DNA of 64,000 nucleotides from Octopus vulgaris (taxonomy: Eukaryota). The DNA lies in the NCBI GenBank assembly GCA_951406725.2, contig OX597814.1, positions 50,840,001-50,904,000 of the forward strand, written 5' to 3'. The notes under the pieces are model-generated. The model did not search any database and had not been told where the DNA came from. It saw only the letters and a list, made by a program, of their open reading frames with translations. Both the position numbers and the translations under genes were made by a program. The stretch's first letter is position 1. The number at the start of each line of letters is the position of its first letter. Shown here in pieces: positions 1 through 12,444 of this stretch.

Positions 1-119
1 ATATTGATGATGATGAAATCATCCTATCCTTGATTTTGAAAGACATTAATCATTTACTTAAACAACTTAGAGATTACATAATCCAGAAGTATTAGATGTA
101 GAAGATTAAGATTTTTGCT

Positions 120-345
120 ATTGGTCTGTGGTATTTCTCTTGCAAAAATTATGTATATGGCTGGATTTAGGTTTAACCCTTTTGTTGCCATTATTTCCTT
201 TGAGATACTGAAGAGATGTTTAGCAATATATGTACTTACATTCAGGGTGAATGGGACTTTGAACCAAATAATTTTGTGCTTCTGTTTTTGTGTCTGGACA
301 TTCATATTATATACATAACTAAATTTATCATTAAATTTAGTTCCC
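120..345 (-). mobile_element. Penelope-like element (PLE) ORF relic, RT-to-GIY-YIG linker region
   Basis: Minus frame reads FNDKFSYVY...QKQKHKIIWFKVPFTLNVSTYIAKHLF, resembling the PLE motif R(K)RxIIWFNPP(F/Y)SxNVxTNI(A/G)KxFL. It is interrupted at ~173-207 by a TTAA-CCCTTT piggyBac-MITE end. Confidence 0.55.
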
Positions 346-371
346 TCATTGCCCCTTTTCTCCCTACTTGT

Positions 372-882
372 GCATGTGTGTGGCTGTGTAGTAAGAAGTT
401 TGCTTCCCCACCACACAGTTCTAGTTTCAATCCCACTGCATGACACCTTGGGTAAGTGTCTTCTACTATATCCTCAGGCTGACCAAAACCTTGTGAGTGG
501 ATTTGTTTGACAGAAACTGAAAGAAGCTCATTGTGTGTGTATGTATATATGTATATATATATATATATGTGTGTGTGCGTGTGTGTATGTATGTATGTAT
601 GATGTATGTATTTATGTGTGTGTGTCTGTGTTTATCCCCCTGACATCACTTGTCAACCGATGCTGATGTGTTTATGTCCCCATAACATAGCAGTTCGGCC
701 AAAGTGGCCAATAGAATAAGTACTAGGCTTACAAAGAATAAATCCTAAGGTCGATTTCTCCTAAAACCCTTTAAGGTGGTGCTCCAGCATGACCACAGTC
801 AAAGGTGGTGCTCCAGCATGACTGCAACCAAAAGCAGTGCTCCAGCATGGCCACAGTCAAATGACTGAAACAAATAAAAGAA
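372..882 (+). mobile_element. Family A tRNA-derived SINE (head, CORE-like ccttgggcaagt, central microsatellite, tail)
   Basis: A-box-like TGGCTGTGTAG and B-box-like GTTTCAATCCC, then accaaaaccttgtgagtggatttg, a (TA/TG)n linker, and a tail ending cagtcaaatgactgaaacaaataaaag. Many homologous copies in the window. Confidence 0.9.
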
Positions 883-1952
883 TATATATATATATATATC
901 TATCACTGATCTTTCTATAACACCTTATGTATTTCTCAAAAGCTTTACTTGAAAATCAACTGTTTGGCATATTTATTCATTTATCATGCATTTTCAGAGC
1001 AGCCATTGCAAGGCATCTGCTAGATTTTTACTAAGCAAAATTATTATTCTTTACTGTTATTGTTCTTGTCACTATACTGTTGCTCTCTTATGACTGCTTG
1101 AAATTTTACATATTTTTACCTATGTGTGCGACAATATGAAAACAGAATGCCTAAAAAATGCTCCTTTCTCTCTCTACCCCTTATAGTAACCTGAAAATGA
1201 TAAAACCTCTCAGCTTCCCAGCTTATCCATACCTGTATGTGTGTCTGTCTGTGTTATATTGTCTTTCTCTAAGCTTAAGTGAGTAATCTACACAGTTAAC
1301 TGCTGCATCCCACAACAAAGGACAAAGAAATGTGTTAAGAATTTGCAAATGTGGAGGAAAATTTCGATAAGCAAATGAAATACAAACAAATTCAGTCTTA
1401 GTTTTCAAATACTGTGACAGTGCTAACAATAACAATAATAAAGTTTTGAAAAAATGTTTAGCATCAGGTAGGGATAAACAGGAGAGGAGACTTGGGCATT
1501 AAATGAGTTTAGGTTTGTAGAATCAGATATTACAGTTGTGATGAAAGGGATAGGCAGGTTATGCGGTTCAATGGTAGGCCGATTATTACAATGTATTAGT
1601 GAATAGAATATTGTCTACAGATAAAGCAAGTGTGGTGAGTGTGTCATTCCATATGTGTGATCAGAATTCTGGTTGAAGATAAGTTTTTAATCTATTATAT
1701 AGGACATGTAGGATTAGCAGTTGTTTAGAATGAATAGTTTTATATTCTGGAAAGGAAATTCAATATTATGAAGTTGTCTTCATCTGTATTTGATTCCCTG
1801 TAATCAAGTTTGCCATTCATGCATGAAGGTTTAATTAAATACCCGTAAAACACTGAAGGTAATTTTAGTGTTTGTGCATCTTATCTCTTAAAAAAAAAAG
1901 AAGGGAGGAAAGAAAAGACTCTTGTTACTTATCAAAAAAAATTTGTATTATT

Positions 1953-2322
1953 AGGTGTGGCTGTATAGTAGGAAACTTGCTTCCCAACCACATGGTTCCA
2001 GGTTCAAACACAACTGCATGAGGCCTTGAGCAAGTGTCTTCTATTATAGCCTTGGGTGGAACAAAGCTTTGTGAGTGGATTTGGTGGACAGAAATTGAAA
2101 CAAAGCCCATCGTATGTGTGTGTTCATCCACCTCACCGCTACTTGACAACCAGTGTTGGTGTGTTTACATCCACATAACTTAATGGTTTGGCAAAAGCAA
2201 TTGATAGAATAATTAACAAGCTTTAAAAAAAAGTATTGGGGTTGATTCATTCAACTAAAAATTCTTCAAGGCAGTGCCCCAGCATGGCTACAGTTTAATG
2301 ATTGAGTCAAGTAAAAGATAAG
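1953..2322 (+). mobile_element. Family A SINE, full length, diverged
   Basis: Same head and tail as 372-882. Confidence 0.85.
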
Positions 2323-3271
2323 GTTTTAGTTCAAAATGTACAAAGCATTACTTAATGTATTTATTATGCTATCTAGTTAAGTCCTCATTAAAAGAGAAAA
2401 GTTCAAACTCTAATGTGGTTGACTTTTTTCCACAGATTATAGAATACATAGTAGTAATAGCAGGGTTTCATCCTATTCCCATATCACCAACACTACAACA
2501 ATTGACCTTGTTCATGGTTAAAAAGGAACAGTTCCCTTGATTATAAGTGTTAATTTTATACTAAAATGTTAATTAACTCCTCCATTTTATGACTGGATAT
2601 AATAAGAAATCCTCCATTAGTGTTATTGTAAGAGTTACTGGTTTTAACATACACATTTTTTCCAGGTTGTTGGTAGTTAGTTTTATTACAAGCATAATGA
2701 CAGCCTCAGTTTTAGTGTCTGAAGTTCAAATGAAATATTATTGCTCTAAACTGTCAGGATATTTAATACATTTAAAGCAATATTCTCCAGCCTTTCTTGT
2801 CATTCTTTAGCTGACCTTTCTAGGTCAAGGACATACCCAAAGATTTTCATACCATTTATTTATTATTTATAGCTTTTGTCTATGTGTGTGTGTGTGTGTT
2901 TTAAATGCAATTAAAAGGAAATTACTGATGTTGAATAATAAAGAAAATTTAAATATCTTTGTTCATAGAGTTATGGTTATGGGGTTTGTACTCAATTATA
3001 TTTAGATTAAAGAAAACAAGAAGGAAAAGGAATATATGCATAGACCTATATATATGTTTCTATATGTGGTTTTATGAGCTCATTTTATTCTTAAGAGCAG
3101 ATTTCAGTAAATGTTCCTCTCTGTTTTATCCTTCATTTTAATACACACAACATAAAAGACCTATGAACAGTATAGTGTGTTGTGTTATTCCTTCTAATAT
3201 TTCCATATCAGTTGTAGAAAAGGAAACTATTTATCTCTCTTGCTTTACTCTAGTTACTACTGTTCATTACT

Positions 3272-3440
3272 TTGGCTGAGTGGTTAAGAATGTTGCTTTG
3301 CAATCGCATACTTTCGGGTTCAGTCCCACTGCACAACACTTTGAGCAAGTATCTTGTGCTACAGCCCCAGACCAACCAAATCTCTGTGAGGGAATTTACA
3401 GTCTGAAACTGTAACTATGTGAACACCCGTTGTGTCTGTG

Positions 3441-3479
<39 letters not shown>

Positions 3480-3660
3480 GTGTGCATGTATGCACATTTG
3501 TGCATGTGTGTTGGTGTTGGTCCCTCACCGCTTGACAGCCAGTGGTCAATAAAACAATGATCAAAGTAAAAATTAATACTGGGATTAATTTGATCAACTT
3601 AATCCTACAAGGCATTGCTCCAGCATGGCCACAGTCCGATGACTGAAGCCAGTAATAAAC
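3272..3660 (+). mobile_element. Family A SINE, diverged; reverse-strand tail fragments follow at ~3735-3845
   Basis: tggctgagtggtt...gggttcagtcccactgc head, (TG)n linker, ctccagcatggccacagtcc tail. Confidence 0.8.
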
Positions 3661-3924
3661 AATTATTTCTATTAGCAAATTCCCTACTCCGCATCTCTCT
3701 TTTCTTTCTCACCCTACCTCTATCTGTCTCTATTCTTTTTACTGACTTGTCTGATTGAACTGTAGGCATACTGGGGTACATGCATATTCTTTTACTCTTT
3801 TACTTGTTTCAGTGATTTGACTGCGGCCATGCTGGAGCACCACCTTTTGTTTTTTGTTTTTTTACTGTGGTTTAACTCTTTTGATCCAGCCCACCTGGTT
3901 CTAAACAAGTATCACTAACTTCGA

Positions 3925-4105
3925 AGTGATGTTGTTCATTTATAGTCTTCCATGAAGAACATGTCTGATTCTGGGGAAATATTACCTTGTTTTGGAATAG
4001 GTGAGGGTTGGCAACAGGAAGGACATCAAGACAAAAAATCTGCTTCAACAAATTCCATCTAATTTGTGCAAGTATAGAAAAGTAGATATGAAATAATGAT
4101 AATGA
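3925..4105 (+). mobile_element. Family E SINE tail module
   Basis: ggggaaatattaccttg...gggttggcaacaggaaggacatc...(GAT)n-like end. Homologous to 6595-6795(-), 27580-27670(+), 37370-37945(-), 48350-48592(+), 55275-55485(-). Confidence 0.75.
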
Positions 4106-4499
4106 TTGCAGGTGCTCATTCTGAAACTTTGTCTTTTTGACATTTTATAAAAGAATAGTTTTATCTTTATAAAATAATTTTGTTTTGAAATGTGGCCTTG
4201 TCACCCCCACCTGAATAAGAAGACCATCTTTAGCTAACCATTTAACAACTTCTGGATAGAAACATCATTTTGTAAGCTTAATGAGTTACTAACATTTACA
4301 GATTTAATGAAAATCTAACATTCAGTGATATCAGTGATAAACTAGATACATAAACAAATGCATGGTTTAGAATTTAAAAAATGTGCCCATGCATTTGTAT
4401 GTATACACCCACACAAAGACATAGTTTTATAATAATTATTTGAACTTAATTGTGAGTTCTGGTGACTACCACTAAGTCATTCTTAATTATCAATGCCTT

Positions 4500-4945
4500 C
4501 TACATTACATTACATTATATATCTCATAGTGTGGCTGACTACTGGGGCACTACTGATGATTTAGCGACCATCTGTCTCTGTCTTCTGCCTCTTGCACTGC
4601 ATCTCTCATCTTTAGGCCTGTCCACTCACAGATGTTTGTTTTCCCACCTCTTTCTCTGCTTGCCTCTGCATCTGCCCCCTTTGTTCTTTGAGAGATTGTT
4701 TTGGCCATCCCTGATGAGCACATGACATGCCCAAACCATCTGAGCTTGTTGCTTTACTATTGTAAGAAGTTCCTTGTAGGGCCCTATTGCCTGCCTTATT
4801 CTTTTTTTCACTTCCTCGTTTGTGACACTACCTCAATATGATATTACCAAAAGTCTCCTAAAACATTTCATCTTTGTAACCTGGATTCTTCTTTCAATCT
4901 TTGCTGTCAGTGTCCATGTCACAGACACATAGGAATATTGAGTCA
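4500..4945 (-). mobile_element. 5'-truncated RTE-clade LINE, ORF C-terminus plus (TAATG)n tail
   Basis: Minus-strand reading across frameshifts: WTLTAKIERRIQ..MKCFRRLL..VTNEEVKKRIRQAIGPYKELLTIVK..RWFGHV..RGKQRKRWE..CEWTGL, typical of RTE. Short tandem tail at ~4500-4516. Confidence 0.85.
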
Positions 4946-6232
4946 CAGCCCTGAATTAGGCACCAGATGAAGAAACCTAATTACTTCACTGACTAAAATG
5001 TCAGATTTTCAGATGTTATGCAGGGTCCTTAAAATATCTGTATGGAGTCAGAGGTGCAATTAATCTTTAACCATACTTATTGTAATCCTCCTCATTAAAC
5101 ACTTCTCTAATAGAAAATTTCAAAAAAATATTACGCGACCAGACATCTTGTTTCCACTTATCTGTAAAACCTACAGCTTTGGTGAAGACAGTCAATATAG
5201 TGTTGTGAAAGCTATATTTAACTCTAACCCTCTCACAGGTAGTGCTGATTATTGGAATTTAGATTCTTTCAGTCTGATAACATTTCGAGATCCTGTGCTG
5301 ATAACGTGGCATCATTTTGAGTAACAATATTTATGTCACAAGAGAGATTAATTGTGCGTGCATGTGTGTGTGTGTGTATGAACCAAACCATAATTGCAAC
5401 CTGCACCCACACCACAACCACTCTACATATAAACAATGCATAGTTAAAGCCTTCAAACTACCTAGGTTTCTCAGTCTATGTTGATTTTACAAGGTGAGCT
5501 CATAAGTACAAAACCACTTCCTTCAACCAACAAAGGCGTCTATATGCAATCAAGTGATCTGCAAGGATTAACAACCAAATCTTCAAAGTTCACATTACCA
5601 TCATAAAATGGATGAAGTTACCATTCTATTCCTTTCCCACCTGCCTCATCATTGTCATCATCATAATCCTCATTATCAAAGAAACTAATGCAATTCTTTC
5701 ATTCTCATCATCATTTTCACTACAAATGATTCTCTTGCTTTTTCTCAACTTCTTTTTGGGCATAACCATATCTGTAAAAACAATGTTTCTCTTCATTATT
5801 ATTATATTTGTCACTAGATTCATTGTTACTGTTGAGCTGATTCAGAAAGCACTATTTATTGAAACACATTTCTCTCCATTGTAATGCCATACTTTTAGAC
5901 ACATACAAAACATCATTACAGTCTCTACAGCAACAGATAAAAAAGCAGAGGTTGAGAAAACTGCTAATGGTTTGCATTGGCACAAATTATACAATAGCTG
6001 GAAATGTCAGTTTCCTCCTTCCCCGCACAAACTTCACTCATCTTTTACAGCAAACACTCTTTTTATCCTTAGATATGAAAAGGCAATAAACAAATAACTT
6101 TTAGCTTATGTATCCTATCTTCAAAATATCTATGAAATTTTAAGTATTCATCTTCCATATTATCTATTTATCTGTCTATCGATCTCTCTTTCTCTCTCCC
6201 TCCTCCTCTTTCTCTCCCCCTCTGTTTGTAAG

Positions 6233-6261
<29 letters not shown>

Positions 6262-6264
<3 letters not shown>

Positions 6265-6577
6265 AAGGCGCATGGCTCAGTGGTTAGAGCGTCGAGCTTA
6301 CGATCGTGAGGTTGTGAGTTCGAATCCCGGATCAGGCTGAGTGTTGTGTTCTTGAGCAAGACACTTAATTTCACATTGCTCCAGTTCACCCAACTGTAGA
6401 AATGAGTTGCAACATCACAGGTGCCAAGCTGTATCAGCTTTTGCCTTTCCCTTGGATTACACTGGTGGTTTGAAGAGGGGAGGCCGCTATGCAAGGGCGA
6501 CTGCTGATCTTCCATAAACAACCTTGCACAGACTTGTGCCTGGGAGGGTAACTTTCTAGGTGCAATCCCAGGGTCAT
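6262..6577 (+). mobile_element. Family B tRNA-derived SINE with CORE-like central domain
   Basis: A box TGGCTCAGTGG at 6273-6283 and B box GAGTTCGAATCCC at 6316-6328, then gttgtgttcttgagcaagacacttaa...ctccagttcacccaactgtagaaatgagt. Flanked by (TA)n. Confidence 0.85.
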
Positions 6578-6861
6578 ATATATATATATCATCGTCATCA
6601 TTTCATGCTTGCATGAGTTTCATAAAGCAAATTTTCTGCAGTCGGATACCCTTCCTGTCACCATCCCTCACCTGCTTCCAAGCAAGTTCATATTTTCCCA
6701 TAGTTAGACAGGTTTTTTTATGGAAGGGTAGAAACAAACAACCTCACTTGTATGGCAATGATGCTCATTTAAATCATCATGTGGTACCTAGACAATGGTA
6801 CACACACACACATATACTTGTGTGTATAATCACATACACACACTCACACACATAAATATAA

Positions 6862-7130
6862 AGAACAGAATGCAGAAGGCAACAGTTCAGATGGTCTGGG
6901 GACATTGCTTAGTTCACCAACAATCAGTGGACTCACACATTTGTCGGGTGATATCTGTGTAAGCAGAAGAGGCCACTCAGAAGGCTCCAAAATGGTGGGT
7001 TGACAAAATAGGACAAGCGTCTGGAGTTACTTGGATGAGGAAGGCATGATATAGAGAGGAATGGATGGCATGTTGTGACCAGCGTGTCAAAACAACGCCT
7101 GACTGTCTGGTCAGTCAAGGTGATCAAGGG
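6862..7130 (+). mobile_element. RTE-clade LINE 3' fragment
   Basis: Reads ECRRQQFRWSGDIA*FTNNQWTH...KQKRPLRR, a decayed form of LRWAGHVAR..DNRWT...KRP.GRP..RW. Later ...REEW; ends in repeated caaggtgat/caagggga. Confidence 0.7.
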
Positions 7131-7343
7131 GATATACATAAATACACACACACACACATAAATATATATACACTGTCTCACACACACTCACACGAGAGAG
7201 TGAGAGGCATTCAAGCATCACTTGTCCAATACTCATTTTTAGGTGAGTGAACTAGGACAGTGAGGAAAAATGTGCTGCCCAGTCCAGGATTTGAACTTAT
7301 TTTATGATTATGAACTCAACACCCTTACCACATGGCCATATAC

Positions 7344-7396
<53 letters not shown>

Positions 7397-7400
<4 letters not shown>

Positions 7401-7879
7401 GGCCAAAATAAGTTTAAGACCGATGATGACAGTTCTATTCCTTCATTAACTTATTTTTAACAAAACTATAAAATTATTTTACTTTTTACACTTTATGTAG
7501 AACTTTTTTCTCTTTCAAATGATATAGGCATTATATATCTTTCTACAATTTGAATAATTTCAATGTGTCACACTGCTCAATTATTAAACAAAACAGTGCA
7601 GTACAACCAGCCATATGACCACCCATTTGGTATATTAATTTGCATAATCTTGGTACGGTCTTAAACTTATTTTGCCAACAATTATTAATCATTTGAATTA
7701 ATTACGCATTAAAAATTATTCAAATTGTAGAAAGACATATAAAGCCTGTAATCATTTGAAAGAGAAAAATATTCTACATAAACTGTAAAAAGTAAAATAA
7801 TTTTATACAGTTTTGTTAAAAATAAATTAATGAAGGAATAGAACTGTCATCATCGGTCTTAAACTTATTCTGGCCAGTG
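7397..7879. mobile_element. Tc1/mariner-type MITE with ~170-bp terminal inverted repeats
   Basis: Left end CACTGGCCAAAATAAGTTTAAGACCGATGATGACAGTTCTATTCC and right end GGAATAGAACTGTCATCATCGGTCTTAAACTTATTCTGGCCAGTG, followed by TA. Inserted in a TA/CA microsatellite. Confidence 0.88.
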
Positions 7880-7907
7880 TATATATAATACATATATAAT
7901 AATAATA

Positions 7908-8242
7908 TTAGGGAGTATAACTCCAAACTTACAGAGAGAAATTCAATTTAGTATTAAATCAAATTTCACACTATATTATATAAATTAGAGAAAAACCACT
8001 ATTATGTAATTCAAACAATGATATACGTAAATCATACCATATAGAAAAAATATAATATATGATAAAACATTTATCTAGATCACAAAAAGTACATAATAAT
8101 AAATAAACAGTATATAATTAGTATATAAATAAACAGTATATAATTAGTATATAATTGGTAATAAATAAACAGTATATAATTAATATGTACTTTTTTTATT
8201 GTTTGAATTACATAATAGTAGTTTTTCTCTAATTTATATATA
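7908..8242. mobile_element. AT-rich repeat with ~43-bp inverted repeats, possibly a PLE pLTR end
   Basis: tataaattagagaaaaaccactattatgtaattcaaacaat (~7979-8019) is inverted at ~8198-8239. Contains three internal copies of aaataaacagtatataatta. Confidence 0.5.
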
Positions 8243-8271
8243 TATACACACACACATGTATATATATAAGC

Positions 8272-8655
8272 TTTTTCTTTAACTTGTTTTAGTCATTAGA
8301 TTGCAGCAATGCTTGGGTACTGCCCTGGAGAATTTTTAGTTAAATGAATTAACCCCTTTTTTTATTAAGCCTTGTACTTATCTGTTTGTCTCTTTTGTGG
8401 AACTGGTATGTTCTGGAGCATAAACATACAAACCCCAGTTGCCTAGCAGTGGGGTGGGGAAGGACAAACAAAGACATAAATATATATATGTACCACAGGC
8501 TTCTTTTAGTTTCTGTTAGCCAAATCCACTCACAAGGCTTTGGTCAGCCCAAGGCTATAGGTGAAGACATTTGCCCAAGGTGCCACTCAGTGGGACTGAA
8601 CCTGGAACCATGTGGTGGGGAAGCAAGCTTTTACCACACAGTCACACCTGCACCT
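8272..8655 (-). mobile_element. Family A SINE
   Basis: Reverse complement of family A head (ccaaatccactcacaaggctttgg...gtgggactgaacc) and tail. Confidence 0.85.
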
Positions 8656-8661
8656 ACATAT

Positions 8662-8842
8662 ATCATCATAATCATCATTTAACGTCCACTTTCCATGTTG
8701 GCATGGGTTAGATGGTTTGACTGAGGACTGACAAGCCAGGAGGCTGCACCAGGCTCCATTCTGATCTGGCAAGGTTTCTACAGCTGGATGCCCTTCCTAA
8801 CGCCAACCACTCCAAGAGATGTAGTGAATGCTTTTTACATGC
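8662..8842 (-). mobile_element. Family D retroposon 3' end, short truncated copy
   Basis: catcatttaacgtccactttccatg...ctggatgcccttcctaacgccaacc matches the other D copies. Confidence 0.85.
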
Positions 8843-9837
8843 TATATATATTTTTTTATTTTTTTCCGTATAGAACATATATTCATAATTGTGTATTTTA
8901 TATATATATGTATGTATGTACATATATATTCCATGTAGAATATATATTTCATAGTTTTGTTATATATATCCATATATCATGTGTATTCCATAACTTTTGA
9001 CATGTATATTTCATCCCTATACCTCAACTTCATATGTAACCTTAAGAAAGTTTTTTTTATTTTTTAAAAATACATAATTAAATAAATCAAAAACAAAATA
9101 AAAACCTAAATCCCACCAGTGTTACTCAGCTATCATCTTTTGTAGGCTGTGGCTCCATACATGCCCCTCCCCCCCCCCCACCTCTTCTGAAACAGCACTG
9201 TTTATATAATTTAAGAGAGTTGATGCTTCATTACTAACTTAATGAGGCATCAACTCTGTTAACTTATTCCTCCTCGAGTGCAGATTGACCTTAGATATGT
9301 AGTTAACTCCTAAGAGTATTCAAAATTGTCCTCAACAGCATGGATCTCTGGGGTTACCCTCTTTACATTTTCTAAATATTTTTTTCACCTAAGACAAATG
9401 TATTATCGACACCCATCATATAAGTATGAGTTTTGTGCATGTGTTTAAGTAATATTACATCTACCTTTCTCTTTTCTATGGTGCATATATATATATATAT
9501 ATATAGTGTGTGTGTGTATATATTTGTATGTATGGTGTGGCTGTATATATATGTCTATTTGTATATATAAGCATACATACACACATATGGAATGTTGATG
9601 TGTTTTGAGTTAGGGAAGTAGGCAACTACTTAATTTATGTTGCTAAGATCCCTGGTAATGGAAAAATATCTTGGTTCTAATTTATTTCCATTGAAGTCTA
9701 TAGATCTAATTAGCCATTAATGGATACCACTGGTTACAAAAATTAAAACAGAATGTATAGTCATTTGGTGTTCGACTCTATTTGTCACACTGGCGTGATC
9801 TACATCAATGTAATCATAATCATATATTGCATGTAAT

Positions 9838-9870
<33 letters not shown>

Positions 9871-10451
9871 TACTACACATACATGTGCATTCATGCATGC
9901 ATAACTACATGCATGAATGCATGCATACATACACACACACAAACACACACATACACACTTATATGTACACACATTTGCAAACAAACAAAATCCAAAGTAT
10001 ATTCGAAAAGGTGACATATTTTCTCACAAGTCAAATTAATTGACAATTTGCCAAGAGATTTCCAGTATGTCTTCTTTTGACTTCAGCTATATGTCACTAA
10101 TATTATAGCTCACTTTATATGTCACTAACTTTGCAGATCAGCTATTGTATTCTTCATATTTTTATTTTCATGTTATATGGATGGCCTTACTAGTTTTCAA
10201 CTCTGGCATAATAGAAGCTAATACAAAAGAATCTGTTATGTGTATGTATGTGCACATGCATGTGTGTGTTGTATTGGCAAGGCAGCCAGGCTTTAACCAT
10301 TGATAGAAAGATTGTTTGAATCCTGCTTATTATATTCTTTCCATTGATAACATTTTTACTTAAAACTTGGTATTTTCTTGCTACCTGCCTTGAAAACCTA
10401 GAAAGATTTGATAAGCTACACAAGAATACATTTGTAGTTGTTATTGCTATA

Positions 10452-10672
10452 GTTGTTGCTTGCCTTCAGGTCAGTCTTGAATGGGCAAACTTATGATTAA
10501 AGGTATTCAAGAGATACCATTCCTTAATTTTTGATGGACTATATCTATATCAAAAGCTATATCTATATCATCCAGTATTTCATTCCATTTTCAAGATGGT
10601 ATGGTATGATTTAAGAGAGATCTGGTTGCTATTCCAAGCATGTCAAGCAATCATTTTGAGGTTCCCTTATTA
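10452..10672 (-). mobile_element. Family F retroposon with (CAA)n tail
   Basis: gttgttgc..caggtcag...atggtatgatttaagagagatctggttgctattccaagc. Homologs at 13560-13752(-), 23244-23450(-), 23985-24065(+), 39905-40095(+), 45447-45650(+), 45680-46104(+). Confidence 0.7.
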
Positions 10673-12224
10673 ACATTTCAGGTTATGTGTTACAGTATTT
10701 TCATATACAGCTTATCACAACTATTCTATGCATTACTATATATATTTTAATTAATTTCATGCATTGGAACAAGATGCTAAATTTGAAAGAATGGTAAACA
10801 ATTGGTCAAATTGACCTTAGTATACTACTGATAGTTATTCTATTGAACACTGAAAATTAAAAGTAGCATCATTTCTGACAAGATTTGAACCCAAAGCATC
10901 AGTAAACCTGAATCAAAATATTATTTGGCATTTAGTCTGACAATCTTTTTTCTATAATTCTACTGTTCTTTTTTTAAAAACAGCAAAGATAACCAGGCTA
11001 TTATTCTCAACTAAATGTCATATCCCACAGTAGGAGTGGTCATCTGCCAGTTTCTAATGATGACTTTTCCCAGTCATTAAAAGGCTCCCAGTTTATTCAT
11101 TGCAACATACACCTGCAGATGGATGAGTCTTGCTGTTCAAAGCAGGAAATGTCAAGAGAAGCAGGTTCACCACATGCACATATGAACAATGTTTGCGACT
11201 TTGCAACATTAGGCTTTAACAAATAGCAGATACATCAGGCATATTTTCAGTTGAACATGCATATAAGAACTCCTGCTGCTCGAATATATAATTTGTTGTG
11301 TGCGTGTGTGTGCATGTGTGTGTGTGCGTGAGAGAGAGAGAGAGAGACTGAAGTTAATAGATACCAGAGTGAGCAAGAAGTGTGATGAGGAATGAGAAGG
11401 AAAAGCTGGGGCCTGAGGCATTCACAGTTATGGAAGTGGATAGATGGGGAAAACTAGTATTATTGTTCTTAAGAAATGGAGTTTTTTTTTTCTTTTGCTT
11501 TTTTTTTCCTTAGTGTAAATACTTTGCTATAATGTGGAATAAGTAAAACTGTATTTTCTATGCAACATATTGTGCTCTATACACAGTAATTTAGTAACAT
11601 TTACAGGGGAAGTGGTAGTTTTTGAAGTTTATCTAATACAGGTGAGAGACAGGAAGAGAGGAAAGGAAAGAAAGAGATGCAGAACATGGCAGTAATTTAT
11701 ACATAAGTATTAGACTGATTGTTATATGTTGCAAGATGAGTATTGTGATTGTGATCTGATCATGGATCAGAGTCAGAAATGAATTAGAGCAAGAGTAGCA
11801 TATAATTAGAGTTTACTGTCAAAACATGCCTTATCTATGGCTGTTTGGGCATGGGGACAGGCATAATAGTATGTTAGACTACCCTATAAAGTAGTAACTA
11901 TTATGATGTTTGGTAAAGTATTCAAAAGCAGTTTAGTTATTATCAAATATTGAGTTCTATTGATTACATATCTTCAAACAATTTATACAAACTAATAAGA
12001 CCTATTATAAGTATCAATAATGTTATTATAAATTATTTTGTTTAGATTCTTATCATCTTCCTAATTAATGCTGTTATGATAAAGTAGTTTTGATTAATAA
12101 TCTATTACTCAATATGACAATATTCAATAACTAATATTTAGAGTCAATATCATGGATATTTTCTATTGTCTTTCCCTTGGATTTCTTTATGATTTCTCTT
12201 ACTGTAAAATGACCCTAAGCTTAA

Positions 12225-12444
12225 CCCTTTAGCTTTTAAGCTGGCTACATCCAGCCCGAATATTCTACCTGTTTTATGTTCAAACTGGTCAGATCCTGCT
12301 TCTCACACTTACCCTATAACATCATTCTAAAAGTAAGCAATCATATATTGGAATCTCAAGGCTATGAGATAATTCATGATTAATCTTTTTAAAATGTGAA
12401 TAGATAAACATTACTTTTGACAGAATAATCTGAATGCTAAAGGG
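12225..12444. mobile_element. piggyBac-type MITE (family P1)
   Basis: TTAA|CCCTTTAGC ... GCTAAAGGG|TTAT: CCC/GGG termini at a TTAA-like target. Partial second copy at ~54845-54950. Confidence 0.8.

Noticed and set aside
5931-5969. Possible 39-nt exon (TDKKAEVEKTAN)
   Set aside because: Short pyrimidine tract and poor donor (GTTTGC); compatible with chance.
6266-6338. tRNA gene-like sequence with good A and B boxes
   Set aside because: Acceptor and anticodon stems do not pair properly, and it runs straight into a SINE body with homologs elsewhere (29731-29990, ~7240-7345).
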